A stretch of 64,000 bases of DNA from a virus: the IMG/VR virus record IMGVR_UViG_3300044630_006584; one strand, written 5' to 3'. Below, piece by piece: positions 1 through 9,967 of the stretch. Position 1 is the first letter of the stretch. Each line of letters opens with the position of its first letter. The notes beneath the pieces were generated by a model. That model had not been told where the DNA came from, ran no database searches, and saw only the letters and a program-made list of their open reading frames with translations. Both the position numbers and the translations under genes were made by a program.

Positions 1-1
1 T

Positions 2-727
2 AACTTAAATCCACAGGGTGCTAAATTCGTTGTGTCCACTAACACTGATATAGATTCCGACTACCTCCTGGAATTCAGCAGGGCTGATCTAGATACAGCT
101 GGATCAACTGGTGCAACGTCAGACTTCGTTAAGCATCCATTTTTCTCGTGGGGTGATAGTCTGAATTTAGATTCAATCGTTCCTTATGGGCCATATAAGA
201 TTGATTTTGGAGGTGGTGCTACAGGATACATGAGCATAAATGCTTCCAATCAGATTAAGTTTGAATCCCTGGCTAGCTCAATAACTCTAGCAAATCAAAA
301 TATGACGGCGGGCGGAAACGTTATACTCAATGCACCAGCGGGTAATTTATTATCTGCAGGAACTACTAATATTCTGATCACCCCATCATACGCTGACTTT
401 GGAAACGACCTTTCGGGAGGGATAAAATTTAATTTTAATTTTTATCCAAGCGTAGCAACGAACAATGGATATTTCAACATCACTAAAAATGCCGGAGATT
501 CTATCTCTACGCAACCTTATACACAGATACCTTTCCGTGTTACTAGGCTTTTTAACTACGATACCTCCCTGAATGCAACAGTTGGAGTTAATTTAGCTAA
601 GTTTTCTTCTGGGCAATCCGGTACCGTTTTGGAAATTAGAGCAAATGGTAAAGTTTATACGAAAAAAACTTCGGAAAAGTACTATAATAATACTAACAGT
701 CCAGTCTTTACTTGGACTACCCCTTAA
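2..727 (+). CDS. Virion/tail-associated protein, 5'-partial (frame is open from the window edge)
   Basis: No stop between position 2 and the listed GTG at 32; rich in S/T/G/N and beta-strand-like; lies next to fibre genes. Confidence 0.5.
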   Translation, partial: NLNPQGAKFVVSTNTDIDSDYLLEFSRADLDTAGSTGATSDFVKHPFFSWGDSLNLDSIVPYGPYKIDFGGGATGYMSINASNQIKFESLASSITLANQNMTAGGNVILNAPAGNLLSAGTTNILITPSYADFGNDLSGGIKFNFNFYPSVATNNGYFNITKNAGDSISTQPYTQIPFRVTRLFNYDTSLNATVGVNLAKFSSGQSGTVLEIRANGKVYTKKTSEKYYNNTNSPVFTWTTP

Positions 728-743
728 ATATTTGATTTAGAAT

Positions 744-1268
744 ATGCCAGTTACACCTCAGTTAGAAAATAAAATAAATTGGTACGAAATACCATATTTT
801 GATTTAATAGATTCTAGAACTATCTTTATAGATCCATCTTATGGTGCTGTTGGAACAGACAGCACTGCTACAGCTGAGGCTAATGGGGCTTATCTGGGCA
901 TTGGATTTAATTTGGATAATTATATTTCAATAGACGCTATACCAAAGAGCGAGGCTGTTAAGCTGAGAATAATATGTGATAGACCTATACCCAGTTCTTC
1001 CACGCCTTCACTTAGTGGTTTTTCTTTTATAGGATTTTGGAGCGGTGCAACTAGACCCCAGACACTAAACTCTGATTATTTTATATTTGGTGCTACCACT
1101 TCTAATCTTAACGTATGCTCCCAGATAGAGGTTACTGTTTTCGGATCAAATACAACTACAACAGCAAGCACACAGCCAGGAGCAACTGCTTACCCTTGGG
1201 TTTTCTGGGAGGCTTATAGTTATAACGGAAAGGGCGGATGGAGTGGAAATTTTGTGCTAGCCCCTTAA
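744..1268 (+). CDS. Hypothetical virion protein
   Basis: 174 aa ORF in a structural gene run; S/T/G rich. Confidence 0.45.
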   Translation: MPVTPQLENKINWYEIPYFDLIDSRTIFIDPSYGAVGTDSTATAEANGAYLGIGFNLDNYISIDAIPKSEAVKLRIICDRPIPSSSTPSLSGFSFIGFWSGATRPQTLNSDYFIFGATTSNLNVCSQIEVTVFGSNTTTTASTQPGATAYPWVFWEAYSYNGKGGWSGNFVLAP

Positions 1269-1286
1269 TGAGCAATATATAGATAG

Positions 1287-2969
1287 ATGATAGATTTAAG
1301 GCTTTTAAACATACAGGAAGGAGATTCTCAAGCAGACATTGCCAATAAGCTGAATTATAATTTTAATCAGATTATAAATGCTGGGGACGGAGCGTACGGG
1401 TCAGTTGGAATACCAGGAGCAGTTGGATCTTATGGTGCAACTGGTATCACAGGTCCTGCTGGATTCCAGGGACAAAGGGGTAATTTTTGGTTTGTTCAGG
1501 AAACTGGACCAACTGCTGGTGTAACCGGAGGTGATTATTGGGTTGATTTAGCTAGTGACTGCGAGGTTTTTGAATGGATAGAATCGGATGGCACATATAG
1601 CTGGGTCAGTCAGGGATTTTTACTGTCCCAGAGCGGTGTTTTTGAAATCGCAGCTTCTACTACAGGCCTTACATCAGGTTATCCCACACAGGCCTATGTG
1701 ATAGCTTTACCGTCGCCATTTGAAAAAACATTAGTTCTTTCAGGAGCTTCTGGTCCTAATGTTAAAAATCCACAGCTTTCTAAGGTAATGCTAGAAACAG
1801 GTGGAACAAGTGGATTTCCTCTTCTGGAGTTTTCCAAATATGATTACCAAAGCAATTCCCCTTTTAATTCTCTAACACCTAAAATAAAGTGGTACACTAC
1901 AAATACAGGTAGCTCCGATGCATATGGATTGAATTTTGAGGCAAGAGGTGGACTTGGATTTAATGTTGCAAACTTTAATGGCGTCGCATATAACGATGTC
2001 AGATTCACTGATGGAAGTATAGTATCTGGAATAACCGGAGCATTCTCTAGTGATCTTAACTATTATGCAGCAACTGGCGATTTTAGAATTGGCACCACGC
2101 TATCCATAAAGTCGGTAAATGCTGTGTGGAATAATGTTGGATTTACCGGACCCGTTTCTTTTTCAGCGACAACTGGGGTTGATAGAATAAATTCTGGTAG
2201 AAACACTCTAATGGTTCAGAATGGAATAACTTATAATAGGACTACCTCTTATACCACTGGTCAAAATCTATTAAGTGTCAAATACACTGGATCGTCTTCG
2301 TATTCTGAATATGGACCTTATCTAGCAAGTCCAAATAATTTTTATCTGGCTGATTCGGACGGTAACAATAAATTTGCTAAAAAAACTAGTGGCTATTTCC
2401 CAAATCCTAAAACTGCATCCGGTAGTAATAATACGAGTTTCTATGTCTGGAATGGAAAAATTACAGGATCACAGGACGTTTACACAGTGGGAGCAGCAAT
2501 AAGTACAACAACAAATTCTGATTTAATGCGTCACCAGATTGGTGAATTTTTTCATCCTGATATATCCGGAGCTTCAGTGGGGAACCAAGCACTTGCCATA
2601 TTTGTACCAAATCAAACCAGTAATAAAACTGGATATGGATATCTAGTTGACAATAACCAATCTATGACATTTAGAGTTAATACAACATCTAGTGGGTATG
2701 GATTTAACACTGTTATATTGGACTCAGCATCCAATAATCCCGCAGCATTTTTCAACTTCACTGCTTATTCTAACGTGAAAAATGCCGTTTTACTGGGCGA
2801 TCTTGTAACAGGCGGGGATGAAAACACATACGCGGACCAATTTGAATTTAGTATAGTTAAAATGGGGACCGAACTAAAAGTATACTTCAAAGCTTGGGGA
2901 GGGAATTTAAAAAATTACACTACCAACGACAGCGCTATTGTTTGCGGGTGTGTGTCCACAACTTCATAA
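1287..2969 (+). CDS. Tail fibre-like protein with short collagen-like (Gly-X-Y) segment
   Basis: GSVGIPGAVGSYGATGITGPAGFQGQRG repeat after an N-terminal GDSQADIANKLNYNFNQI motif; beta-rich C-terminus. Confidence 0.65.
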   Translation: MIDLRLLNIQEGDSQADIANKLNYNFNQIINAGDGAYGSVGIPGAVGSYGATGITGPAGFQGQRGNFWFVQETGPTAGVTGGDYWVDLASDCEVFEWIESDGTYSWVSQGFLLSQSGVFEIAASTTGLTSGYPTQAYVIALPSPFEKTLVLSGASGPNVKNPQLSKVMLETGGTSGFPLLEFSKYDYQSNSPFNSLTPKIKWYTTNTGSSDAYGLNFEARGGLGFNVANFNGVAYNDVRFTDGSIVSGITGAFSSDLNYYAATGDFRIGTTLSIKSVNAVWNNVGFTGPVSFSATTGVDRINSGRNTLMVQNGITYNRTTSYTTGQNLLSVKYTGSSSYSEYGPYLASPNNFYLADSDGNNKFAKKTSGYFPNPKTASGSNNTSFYVWNGKITGSQDVYTVGAAISTTTNSDLMRHQIGEFFHPDISGASVGNQALAIFVPNQTSNKTGYGYLVDNNQSMTFRVNTTSSGYGFNTVILDSASNNPAAFFNFTAYSNVKNAVLLGDLVTGGDENTYADQFEFSIVKMGTELKVYFKAWGGNLKNYTTNDSAIVCGCVSTTS

Positions 2970-2977
2970 AAAATAAA

Positions 2978-4702
2978 ATGAGATTTAGTAATAAGCAAAT
3001 ATTCACAGGAGACACTAAGGATCTCATAGTAGACAAGATAAACGAGAACTTTTCTCAGATTATTTCCTTTTCTACAGGACCACAAGGAAGATCTGGCTTA
3101 ATAGGTCCAACCGGATATCCGGGTGGAGCTGGTCAACTTGGTGCTACCGGTGTAAGTGGACAGAGAGCATCCGATTGGACTCTTAGTGTTATGCCACCTT
3201 CTAATCCTAATGAATATGACCAATGGATAGATCAGGGTGTAACCGGTAATGGTGACATCTATCAATATGATGGATCTAACTGGCAAAGTACAGGAATATC
3301 CTTAATAGAATCACAGTTCTTTAAAGTTAAAAATGATATCCCTACTTTTTCAGCCCCAACCGAATATTCGGCGATCTATTTTACAGATCCTGATCAGAAT
3401 ACAAAGTCTTTGGTTATTTCGGACGGCGAGAACTCATCTAGCTACATAAATCCTAACTATTCAAAGCTTTTGGTGAGTACGAATGATCAGGTAGCTACTC
3501 CTATTTTTTCTTTCCGCAAATCCAACAGCTCATCTACTTCACAGCCATCTTTTTACTGGGCTCAAACTGGGAATAATCCTAGGGTAAATTTCAATAGTAA
3601 TTATGATTTAAATATATTGTCTAATAGCGGATCTCTACTAATCTATCCGCAGTATTCAGGATACGCTAACATGTCTGCTCAGCGAGCATATTTTAATGCT
3701 TATAATGATATTACGATGTCATCTGTTACTTTCTCTTCTACCGGAAGTCTACAAATACAGACCAATAATTATCAGCTCACAAGCAGCCAATTAAATGCAT
3801 CAATGGAAACGTATGTGTACGGAGCTGTAAACATAGAGCCTGCAGCTTCTGTAGCGAGCAGAAAAGAGGGTGTAGTTATAAGCAGGGGAGCGACTTCTAG
3901 TAATGCGATATCTAGCTTCTATACAACACAATCTCAATCGGAGATTCAGAATCCGCCTTCTTCAGTATGGAGACAGGTTTTCAGTATTGAACAATCAACT
4001 GCTATACTGGATGAGGTCGATCCGATAACAGATGTTACATACAGGGATGTTAGATCCAGAGCAGTATTTGGAGCCACTGGTGATGGCTACACCTCTTATA
4101 ATATATGGACATCCGGTGTTCCAACAGGACCTACAGGACCTTTCTCCTATCATGTTGTAGGTAACACCTCGATTGCAGCTCAGTCTGGAATTTTTTATAT
4201 CTCGTCTAAAATAATACCAGCAAATTTAAGATATTTCGCTGACGTTTCTTCCGTTTCTAATTTCTATACTGATACCATAACTTTCACTTTACCTACTTCG
4301 TGGCTAGGTGGAAATTCGGTTTATGTAAAAATACCAAGGACTGTAACAAATCCGCAGCAGACTGAGGGATATCCCCTATACGGTGCATCCTATGTTAACG
4401 AATTCAGAATATTCCTTGACTATGGCAGTTTTACAAACGTTAACCGAAAGATAGTCGGTGTAGTATGGGATCAATTAACAAACATATCTGGAACGACACA
4501 GGCTACATATCAGCAGCAATTTGTTACTTTTGGAACACCCTGCTATTACTTTGATATAATGTATCATTATAACAATAACAATCAGGTTATGGCTTACGTG
4601 AAAACCTGCTCCGGACAAAGTTATCCTTTAAGAATAACAAACTACACATCAAAAGTTACGATTCTTTCTGGTGAACCAGCAGCTCTATTAAGCTTCCCTT
4701 AA
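2978..4702 (+). CDS. Tail fibre-like protein, paralogue of 1287..2969
   Basis: Probable start MRFSNKQIF at 2978; GDTKDLIVDKINENFSQI plus a Gly-X-Y run ending GQRA mirror the previous gene. Confidence 0.65.
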   Translation: MRFSNKQIFTGDTKDLIVDKINENFSQIISFSTGPQGRSGLIGPTGYPGGAGQLGATGVSGQRASDWTLSVMPPSNPNEYDQWIDQGVTGNGDIYQYDGSNWQSTGISLIESQFFKVKNDIPTFSAPTEYSAIYFTDPDQNTKSLVISDGENSSSYINPNYSKLLVSTNDQVATPIFSFRKSNSSSTSQPSFYWAQTGNNPRVNFNSNYDLNILSNSGSLLIYPQYSGYANMSAQRAYFNAYNDITMSSVTFSSTGSLQIQTNNYQLTSSQLNASMETYVYGAVNIEPAASVASRKEGVVISRGATSSNAISSFYTTQSQSEIQNPPSSVWRQVFSIEQSTAILDEVDPITDVTYRDVRSRAVFGATGDGYTSYNIWTSGVPTGPTGPFSYHVVGNTSIAAQSGIFYISSKIIPANLRYFADVSSVSNFYTDTITFTLPTSWLGGNSVYVKIPRTVTNPQQTEGYPLYGASYVNEFRIFLDYGSFTNVNRKIVGVVWDQLTNISGTTQATYQQQFVTFGTPCYYFDIMYHYNNNNQVMAYVKTCSGQSYPLRITNYTSKVTILSGEPAALLSFP

Positions 4703-4736
4703 TATAAAATGTGATACTTTTAAACTGTAGATAAAT

Positions 4737-5015
4737 ATGATTGATTTAACAAAAGATGAAAGAGATTATGTGCTTGATCTATCTAGAACCTATAAGAAAT
4801 TGCATTCCGAAATAGGAGAGATAGAGAAAATGATGAAGGATTTCTCAGAAAAAACTGAGATACTTATTAGGGATTTAGAGGGAAAAAGATCAGAGGAATT
4901 AAATTTTCTGGATCAGCTTTCTGAAAAATACGGGAAGGGACAAATTGACATTTTCACTTTGAAATGGAAAAAAATAGAAGAAAATGAAAAATCTGAAGCA
5001 AGTTATCAGGGATAA
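4737..5015 (+). CDS. Hypothetical coiled-coil protein
   Basis: 92 aa helical ORF tightly packed with its neighbours. Confidence 0.5.
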   Translation: MIDLTKDERDYVLDLSRTYKKLHSEIGEIEKMMKDFSEKTEILIRDLEGKRSEELNFLDQLSEKYGKGQIDIFTLKWKKIEENEKSEASYQG

Positions 5016-5847
5016 CGAAGAAACCGTAAAGGTAAAGTCTTATTCGTTTCTTAAAAGAAATGGTTTTGTTATAGCAGCTGTTATTTTAGCTTTGTTACTA
5101 CTTAGACAATGTAACGTAAGCGATAGAATGGAAGCTGAGGTAAAAAGAGAACATAATAATTTATTGGCTTCTCAGGATTCAGTGAGATTCGTCTCCAATA
5201 AGAATGGAAATCTGGTTAATGAGAAATCTGCTTATGAACTAAAGATGTCTGAATTATCCGAGGATAACAAGGATCTAATAGAGAAGCTAGATTTATCTAA
5301 GAAAAAAACACCAGAGGTTGTAATACAGACCGTTGTTAAATATATTGATGTTTTTAGAGACGTACCAACTAAGGTACATAAAGACCAGACCGGACAGGAG
5401 TATGTAACCTTTACTCACAACCCAACACTACCTGGTCAGAATTCATTGAAGATTTCTGGTAAGATCCCATATGAAATTAAGATAAATCAAAATGAGGCCG
5501 ACCCCAAGATTGTAAGCGCTAATTTAATTACCAATCCCGCGGAGATTAACATGGAACAGCAAATATCTATTGTTTCTGGACTTTACAGAGATCCTAAAAC
5601 TAAAAGGCTAATGACGAGAGTATCCACGGACTATCCTGGTATAACCTTTAGCGACATTAACTCATTTCAAATAAAAGATACACCAGAGAATAGAAAAACT
5701 TTAATGCAGGAAAGAAAGAGATTCGGTCTTGGATTAAATATGGGATTTGGTTATGTTGTAGGTGCAGGTGGCATTTCACCTGGTGTTTATATTGGTGCGG
5801 GATTTCACTTCTCTCCAAAGTTTTTGCAAACAGACGGTTTTAAATAA
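4984..5847 (+). CDS. Membrane-anchored / putative lipoprotein with coiled coil
   Basis: Hydrophobic stretch ending LLLLRQC, coiled coil, C-terminal Gly/aromatic beta strands. Confidence 0.5.
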   Translation: MKNLKQVIRDNEETVKVKSYSFLKRNGFVIAAVILALLLLRQCNVSDRMEAEVKREHNNLLASQDSVRFVSNKNGNLVNEKSAYELKMSELSEDNKDLIEKLDLSKKKTPEVVIQTVVKYIDVFRDVPTKVHKDQTGQEYVTFTHNPTLPGQNSLKISGKIPYEIKINQNEADPKIVSANLITNPAEINMEQQISIVSGLYRDPKTKRLMTRVSTDYPGITFSDINSFQIKDTPENRKTLMQERKRFGLGLNMGFGYVVGAGGISPGVYIGAGFHFSPKFLQTDGFK

Positions 5848-5850
5848 TAA

Positions 5851-7635
5851 TTGATTAAAGTGGCTTATAGTACAACATCTAAATTCGTTCAGCTTACACC
5901 ATATCTACTAATGGAGTGGATGTATGCGGATCAACCAAATCCTGAGACGTATCCGGTAAACACAGGCACTGTAACGGTGGGATATAACAAGATGGTGAAT
6001 GGATACATTACAGCCATTGTAAATAACTCGTCTATAGTTCCAACTAACCAGATCTATAATCTGGATTCTAATTATCCAGTGACACACAACACTGGTGAGA
6101 ATAGCGTTGTGCAGATCTCGACCAACTCCTTTGTTACATTAGATCCCGGATTGATCATACCATTCAACGATTTCTCCGATGAGTTAACTCCAACTAACGA
6201 ATTGGAAATTACGTTTCCTGGTAACATAGAGGTTGTCTACGATTCTATAAGATACCATATAGTTGCCGGCTATAACCTATCTAATATAGATGGTGTTATC
6301 TTAAGTGTAAAATATCAGGATGTCAATCAAACATTTGTGACATTCTCACAAGCACTTATACAGAAGGGGACTCAGCAATCTTATACTCTTAACCCTAGTC
6401 CACTTAAGATAGGGGCTAATATCTATGATAGATATCTCGAGGTGAAAGTTCCTAGTTTGGTTGATATGAACAATAAATATCAGGCGGCTGCTTCCTCTTT
6501 CAAAAGCCAAACACTTGCAGCTCTAACCAGTCAAAGTGGAAGGGGATACGTATACGCTTCTCCCATTAGGATAGAGGTTTGGAGTGTAGTTAGCAAATCT
6601 GATTATCTAGGATACGAGAGATACGATTCTGAATTAATTTCCGCTCTCTCACTAGAGAGTGAGGATCCTTTTTCTAATATAGGAGCTGTTATTAAGGAAT
6701 CTACTTCGGGACAATTTTTTGAATATTTTGCAACAGACAATGAGGGATTTGTAGAGGATTTTATACTTTTCCAAAATTCAATAGGAAATAATTACTACAT
6801 CAATCACCAAATAGAAACACTAGAACAAATTGGTGTTGCGATTATTACTACAAATACTTTCCAGACAATACAGACAACGGGGTATGACGTTCCTAATTTC
6901 TATCGACCTATAGTTAGAAATTCTGCGGTGGCTGCAAGCTTCACCCTCAGATACACAATGTCTCTCGTAAACACTGTTGATAATTCACGTGTGGTTAGAA
7001 TTGGAACATATACGTCGAATAATCCGGGTCAATGGGGTCCAAATATTTCCCCAATACAGCTAAATACTTTTCCGCAGGTTATGAAGATCTATAACAAGGT
7101 CTATAATCAAGCGGCACTTAATATTCCTGGACAATCAAATCCAACTCCAACAGAGGTAGTTAGAACGAATAATCTTTTTATTAACTACAGCAACATATCA
7201 ACTACAAACATCCCTCTTATTATCCGTGATGGATCTATACAGAACGATACGTCTGCTGCACCAAACATTGCGCAGCCTTCTGGTAGATTGGTTGTAGATG
7301 TAACACCATTTGACAACTACTATAAGTTCAAGATGTATAAGAGCGGATCCGATGGTGCTCCTGTTGAGATAGATCTAGGTGACACTAGTAATTATAAGAT
7401 GGTGTTTATAGATAACACCGGAAAGAAACTGTACGTTGCTTCTTTACAGGACAAAAATCTAGCTAACCCATCTAAGGGTGAGGTAGCTTTCAGAATGGAC
7501 GATTCTATATCTGGAACCATACTTCAGCTGAGGGATCGAAGATTCTTCATAACTCAAGGTGGTGATCGGGTTAGTAGTGTAACCAGCGTACAGTCAAATC
7601 CTAATGTGAACGTTACAGTTACTAGAAATACATAA
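5851..7635 (+). CDS. Hypothetical structural protein
   Basis: 594 aa beta-rich ORF upstream of a tail-tube-like gene. Confidence 0.5.
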   Translation: MIKVAYSTTSKFVQLTPYLLMEWMYADQPNPETYPVNTGTVTVGYNKMVNGYITAIVNNSSIVPTNQIYNLDSNYPVTHNTGENSVVQISTNSFVTLDPGLIIPFNDFSDELTPTNELEITFPGNIEVVYDSIRYHIVAGYNLSNIDGVILSVKYQDVNQTFVTFSQALIQKGTQQSYTLNPSPLKIGANIYDRYLEVKVPSLVDMNNKYQAAASSFKSQTLAALTSQSGRGYVYASPIRIEVWSVVSKSDYLGYERYDSELISALSLESEDPFSNIGAVIKESTSGQFFEYFATDNEGFVEDFILFQNSIGNNYYINHQIETLEQIGVAIITTNTFQTIQTTGYDVPNFYRPIVRNSAVAASFTLRYTMSLVNTVDNSRVVRIGTYTSNNPGQWGPNISPIQLNTFPQVMKIYNKVYNQAALNIPGQSNPTPTEVVRTNNLFINYSNISTTNIPLIIRDGSIQNDTSAAPNIAQPSGRLVVDVTPFDNYYKFKMYKSGSDGAPVEIDLGDTSNYKMVFIDNTGKKLYVASLQDKNLANPSKGEVAFRMDDSISGTILQLRDRRFFITQGGDRVSSVTSVQSNPNVNVTVTRNT

Positions 7636-7646
7636 TAAATTTAGAA

Positions 7647-8255
7647 ATGGCATCATCAAGAAATCAGAACGGAATCCCCGCTAGAAGACAATCTCAGTAT
7701 TCTGTTGTTGGCGGAAGGTCAACTCCACAGGTGGTTTCTACACGTCCTGATGCTTCTAGCAATCTGCCAATATCCGTTGTGTATTGGGGTTACTGGAAGC
7801 CAACAGGAACAACTTATACTATTCCCGGTTCTGCTATCGTAAGTGAATCGACACAGATCGGAGTGACAGCAGCAACAGGACCTGCAGCAGCACAGAGGGA
7901 AACCACTGTGTCTAGTCCTCAGGAATTACTACAGCAAGCAACTTCAGCGGGATCGTTCCTTTATAGCATAGGACCGCAAGCTGGCTTAACCGGCACAAGT
8001 GAAAATAACCTCACGAAGACACAAACAAAAACAGCAGCAGCTGCTTTCACAAACGCTGAGCTTGTTCAAGGTGTATCAGGTATAGTTAGCGCTTTTAAGT
8101 CCACTGGATGGACTGATGCTGCTATAATAACATATTTTCTAACCCCCGGGAATCTTGGGTATAAGCAATTCCCAGGATTGACCACTGCTTTGTTTATTCA
8201 GGCTGCGGGGACTATAATTAATGTTAGTTCTCTTTTAACTCAAAAAAATAAATAA
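7647..8255 (+). CDS. Hypothetical protein (S/T/A rich)
   Basis: 202 aa ORF, in a different frame from the preceding gene. Confidence 0.45.
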   Translation: MASSRNQNGIPARRQSQYSVVGGRSTPQVVSTRPDASSNLPISVVYWGYWKPTGTTYTIPGSAIVSESTQIGVTAATGPAAAQRETTVSSPQELLQQATSAGSFLYSIGPQAGLTGTSENNLTKTQTKTAAAAFTNAELVQGVSGIVSAFKSTGWTDAAIITYFLTPGNLGYKQFPGLTTALFIQAAGTIINVSSLLTQKNK

Positions 8256-8261
8256 GGATAG

Positions 8262-8819
8262 ATGATTCTTAATTCCAAAGGTAGTAATTTTTACTTCGTC
8301 TTTCCGAAAGGATTTTTTCCGGAGAGTGTAACTAATAAATACCTTCCTTATTTAAGGAAGCAACCCATTCCGTATGATACTATTGCACAAATGATGAATA
8401 GTACGATACAATCTATAACCTTTCCGGAGCTACAGTCTGGTACCGTGGAGCAGACAAGATATCTTGGTAAGAAGCAAAGATATAAGGGATCCGTTCCAAT
8501 ACAGGATTTATTTACACAGGATTTCACTGTTTCGTTCAAACTCCTCGATGGCTATATTAACTATTTAGTTATGATGGACACATTGCTTTGGTTTCTTGAT
8601 TTTAAAAATCCAATACAGTATGACTATGATCTGAGTATCAGATTGATGGATAATAGTGGTAATATAATATCTACCGTGGGTTTCAAGAATACTATTCTTA
8701 CAGCCATCTCTAACCTCACATTAGGCTATACACAAAACTCTCCGGAGGTCCAAACTTTTACACTTAACTTCTCCTGTAACTTCATTGAGATACATCTGGA
8801 AGCCAAAGAGGGAGTTTGA
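8262..8819 (+). CDS. Tail tube/baseplate tube-fold protein (T4 gp19/gp54/gp3-like)
   Basis: Size and pattern IQSITFPEL...FTVSFKL...WF...LSIRLMD...ISNLTLGY...TFTLNFSCNFIEI resemble the myophage tube fold. Confidence 0.5.
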   Translation: MILNSKGSNFYFVFPKGFFPESVTNKYLPYLRKQPIPYDTIAQMMNSTIQSITFPELQSGTVEQTRYLGKKQRYKGSVPIQDLFTQDFTVSFKLLDGYINYLVMMDTLLWFLDFKNPIQYDYDLSIRLMDNSGNIISTVGFKNTILTAISNLTLGYTQNSPEVQTFTLNFSCNFIEIHLEAKEGV

Positions 8820-8845
8820 TATATACATAAAGAAATTTAAACAAG

Positions 8846-9088
8846 ATGAAGAAATTTTCAACAGTTAAGGAATTAAACGAAATGGAGTTTGCACAACCCC
8901 TTATAAACTCCAAAGAAAACATGATGGATCTGCTTGTAGCAGCTTCTGGAAATGATCAAAGAGTTTTGATTGACATTGTAAATTGTCTAACAGAGGATCA
9001 AATGAAGAAGTGCTACAATAAGCTCATTAAGGTTTATGGATACACTGGCGCAGCTGGACAAAGAGTTGAGTTGAAGTCAAGAGCCTAA
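8846..9088 (+). CDS. Small protein with capsid-targeting-like N-terminus
   Basis: MKKFSTVKELNE start; GATATATA at 8818-8825. Confidence 0.55.
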   Translation: MKKFSTVKELNEMEFAQPLINSKENMMDLLVAASGNDQRVLIDIVNCLTEDQMKKCYNKLIKVYGYTGAAGQRVELKSRA

Positions 9089-9091
9089 TTT

Positions 9092-9814
9092 ATGATTCTA
9101 GTAGGAATAGACTTTTCCTTAAACTCACCTGCTTTTTGTGTGTTAGCCGATGGTAAGTACCATTGGGGATCAATCACTAGGTCTGACAGAGACCGTGATT
9201 CCCTTTTGAAGAACGCAAAGAAGCCTTATGCTGTTCTATCAGCTAGTTCCGATTTCAGAATAGAGTTCCTAGATAGAAAACCTATTCCTGATGAATATTC
9301 GGAAAGGGAAAGAATAAAGATCGACTATTTCCTGGATGTTGTTCTGACTTTATGGAATGGCATCTGTGACATAATAGACAATAAAGGGGAAGAGGTTAAG
9401 ATAGCTATGGAGGGACTTAGTTTTTCCTCTAATGGTAATGCATTGATCGATATATCAATGGCTACAGCGCTATTAAGAGAAAGAATATGCAGCCACATAG
9501 GAAGCGATAATTTCTACGTTTTCTCTCCTACGTCTATAAAAAAATTCGCTTTAAAGGGTAATGCTAAGAAGGACGAATTATATGAGGCTTTGAGTACTAG
9601 AGAAAAAGACGGAACAAACTTGGATAATTTTTGTAGAATACTAGCAGATAACAAATCTGAATGGGTTACAGGAGCGAAAGCTGTGAATAAGCCGGTTGAT
9701 GATTTAGTAGATGCAACTTGGATTTTATTATACTTAAGAGAAATATTAGAAGGTAAAAATGAGAAAAATTTGGAGAAAACTAAGAGCAAAAAAAAGAAAC
9801 TGGCTAAAGCCTGA
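9092..9814 (+). CDS. RuvC-like Holliday junction resolvase
   Basis: MILVGIDFSLNSPA, IAMEGLSF, PTSIKKFALKGNAKK and DDLVDA catalytic motifs. Confidence 0.8.
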   Translation: MILVGIDFSLNSPAFCVLADGKYHWGSITRSDRDRDSLLKNAKKPYAVLSASSDFRIEFLDRKPIPDEYSERERIKIDYFLDVVLTLWNGICDIIDNKGEEVKIAMEGLSFSSNGNALIDISMATALLRERICSHIGSDNFYVFSPTSIKKFALKGNAKKDELYEALSTREKDGTNLDNFCRILADNKSEWVTGAKAVNKPVDDLVDATWILLYLREILEGKNEKNLEKTKSKKKKLAKA

Positions 9815-9938
9815 TCAGCAGCGTTCTGCAGCTGTATCTAAAATCAATAGCGACTTATTAAATTTGGGAAACTCATCTAGAATGGGCCAAATTATTACTG
9901 TCCTTTGCAAAAGCCACGAAACAAAAGTAAGTAATTAA
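9759..9938 (+). CDS. Possible 59 aa basic protein missed by the ORF track
   Basis: Open frame MRKIWRKLRAKKRNWLKP...HETKVSN fills the gap between the resolvase and SSB genes. Confidence 0.3.
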   Translation: MRKIWRKLRAKKRNWLKPDQQRSAAVSKINSDLLNLGNSSRMGQIITVLCKSHETKVSN

Positions 9939-9967
9939 ACTTAAATAAAAAAAAACAATTAAAAATT

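Noticed and set aside
5851-8255. Possible read-through fusion of 5851..7635 with 7647..8255
   Set aside because: The ORFs are in different frames, and the first frame has TAA TAA then TAG; no slippery site recognised
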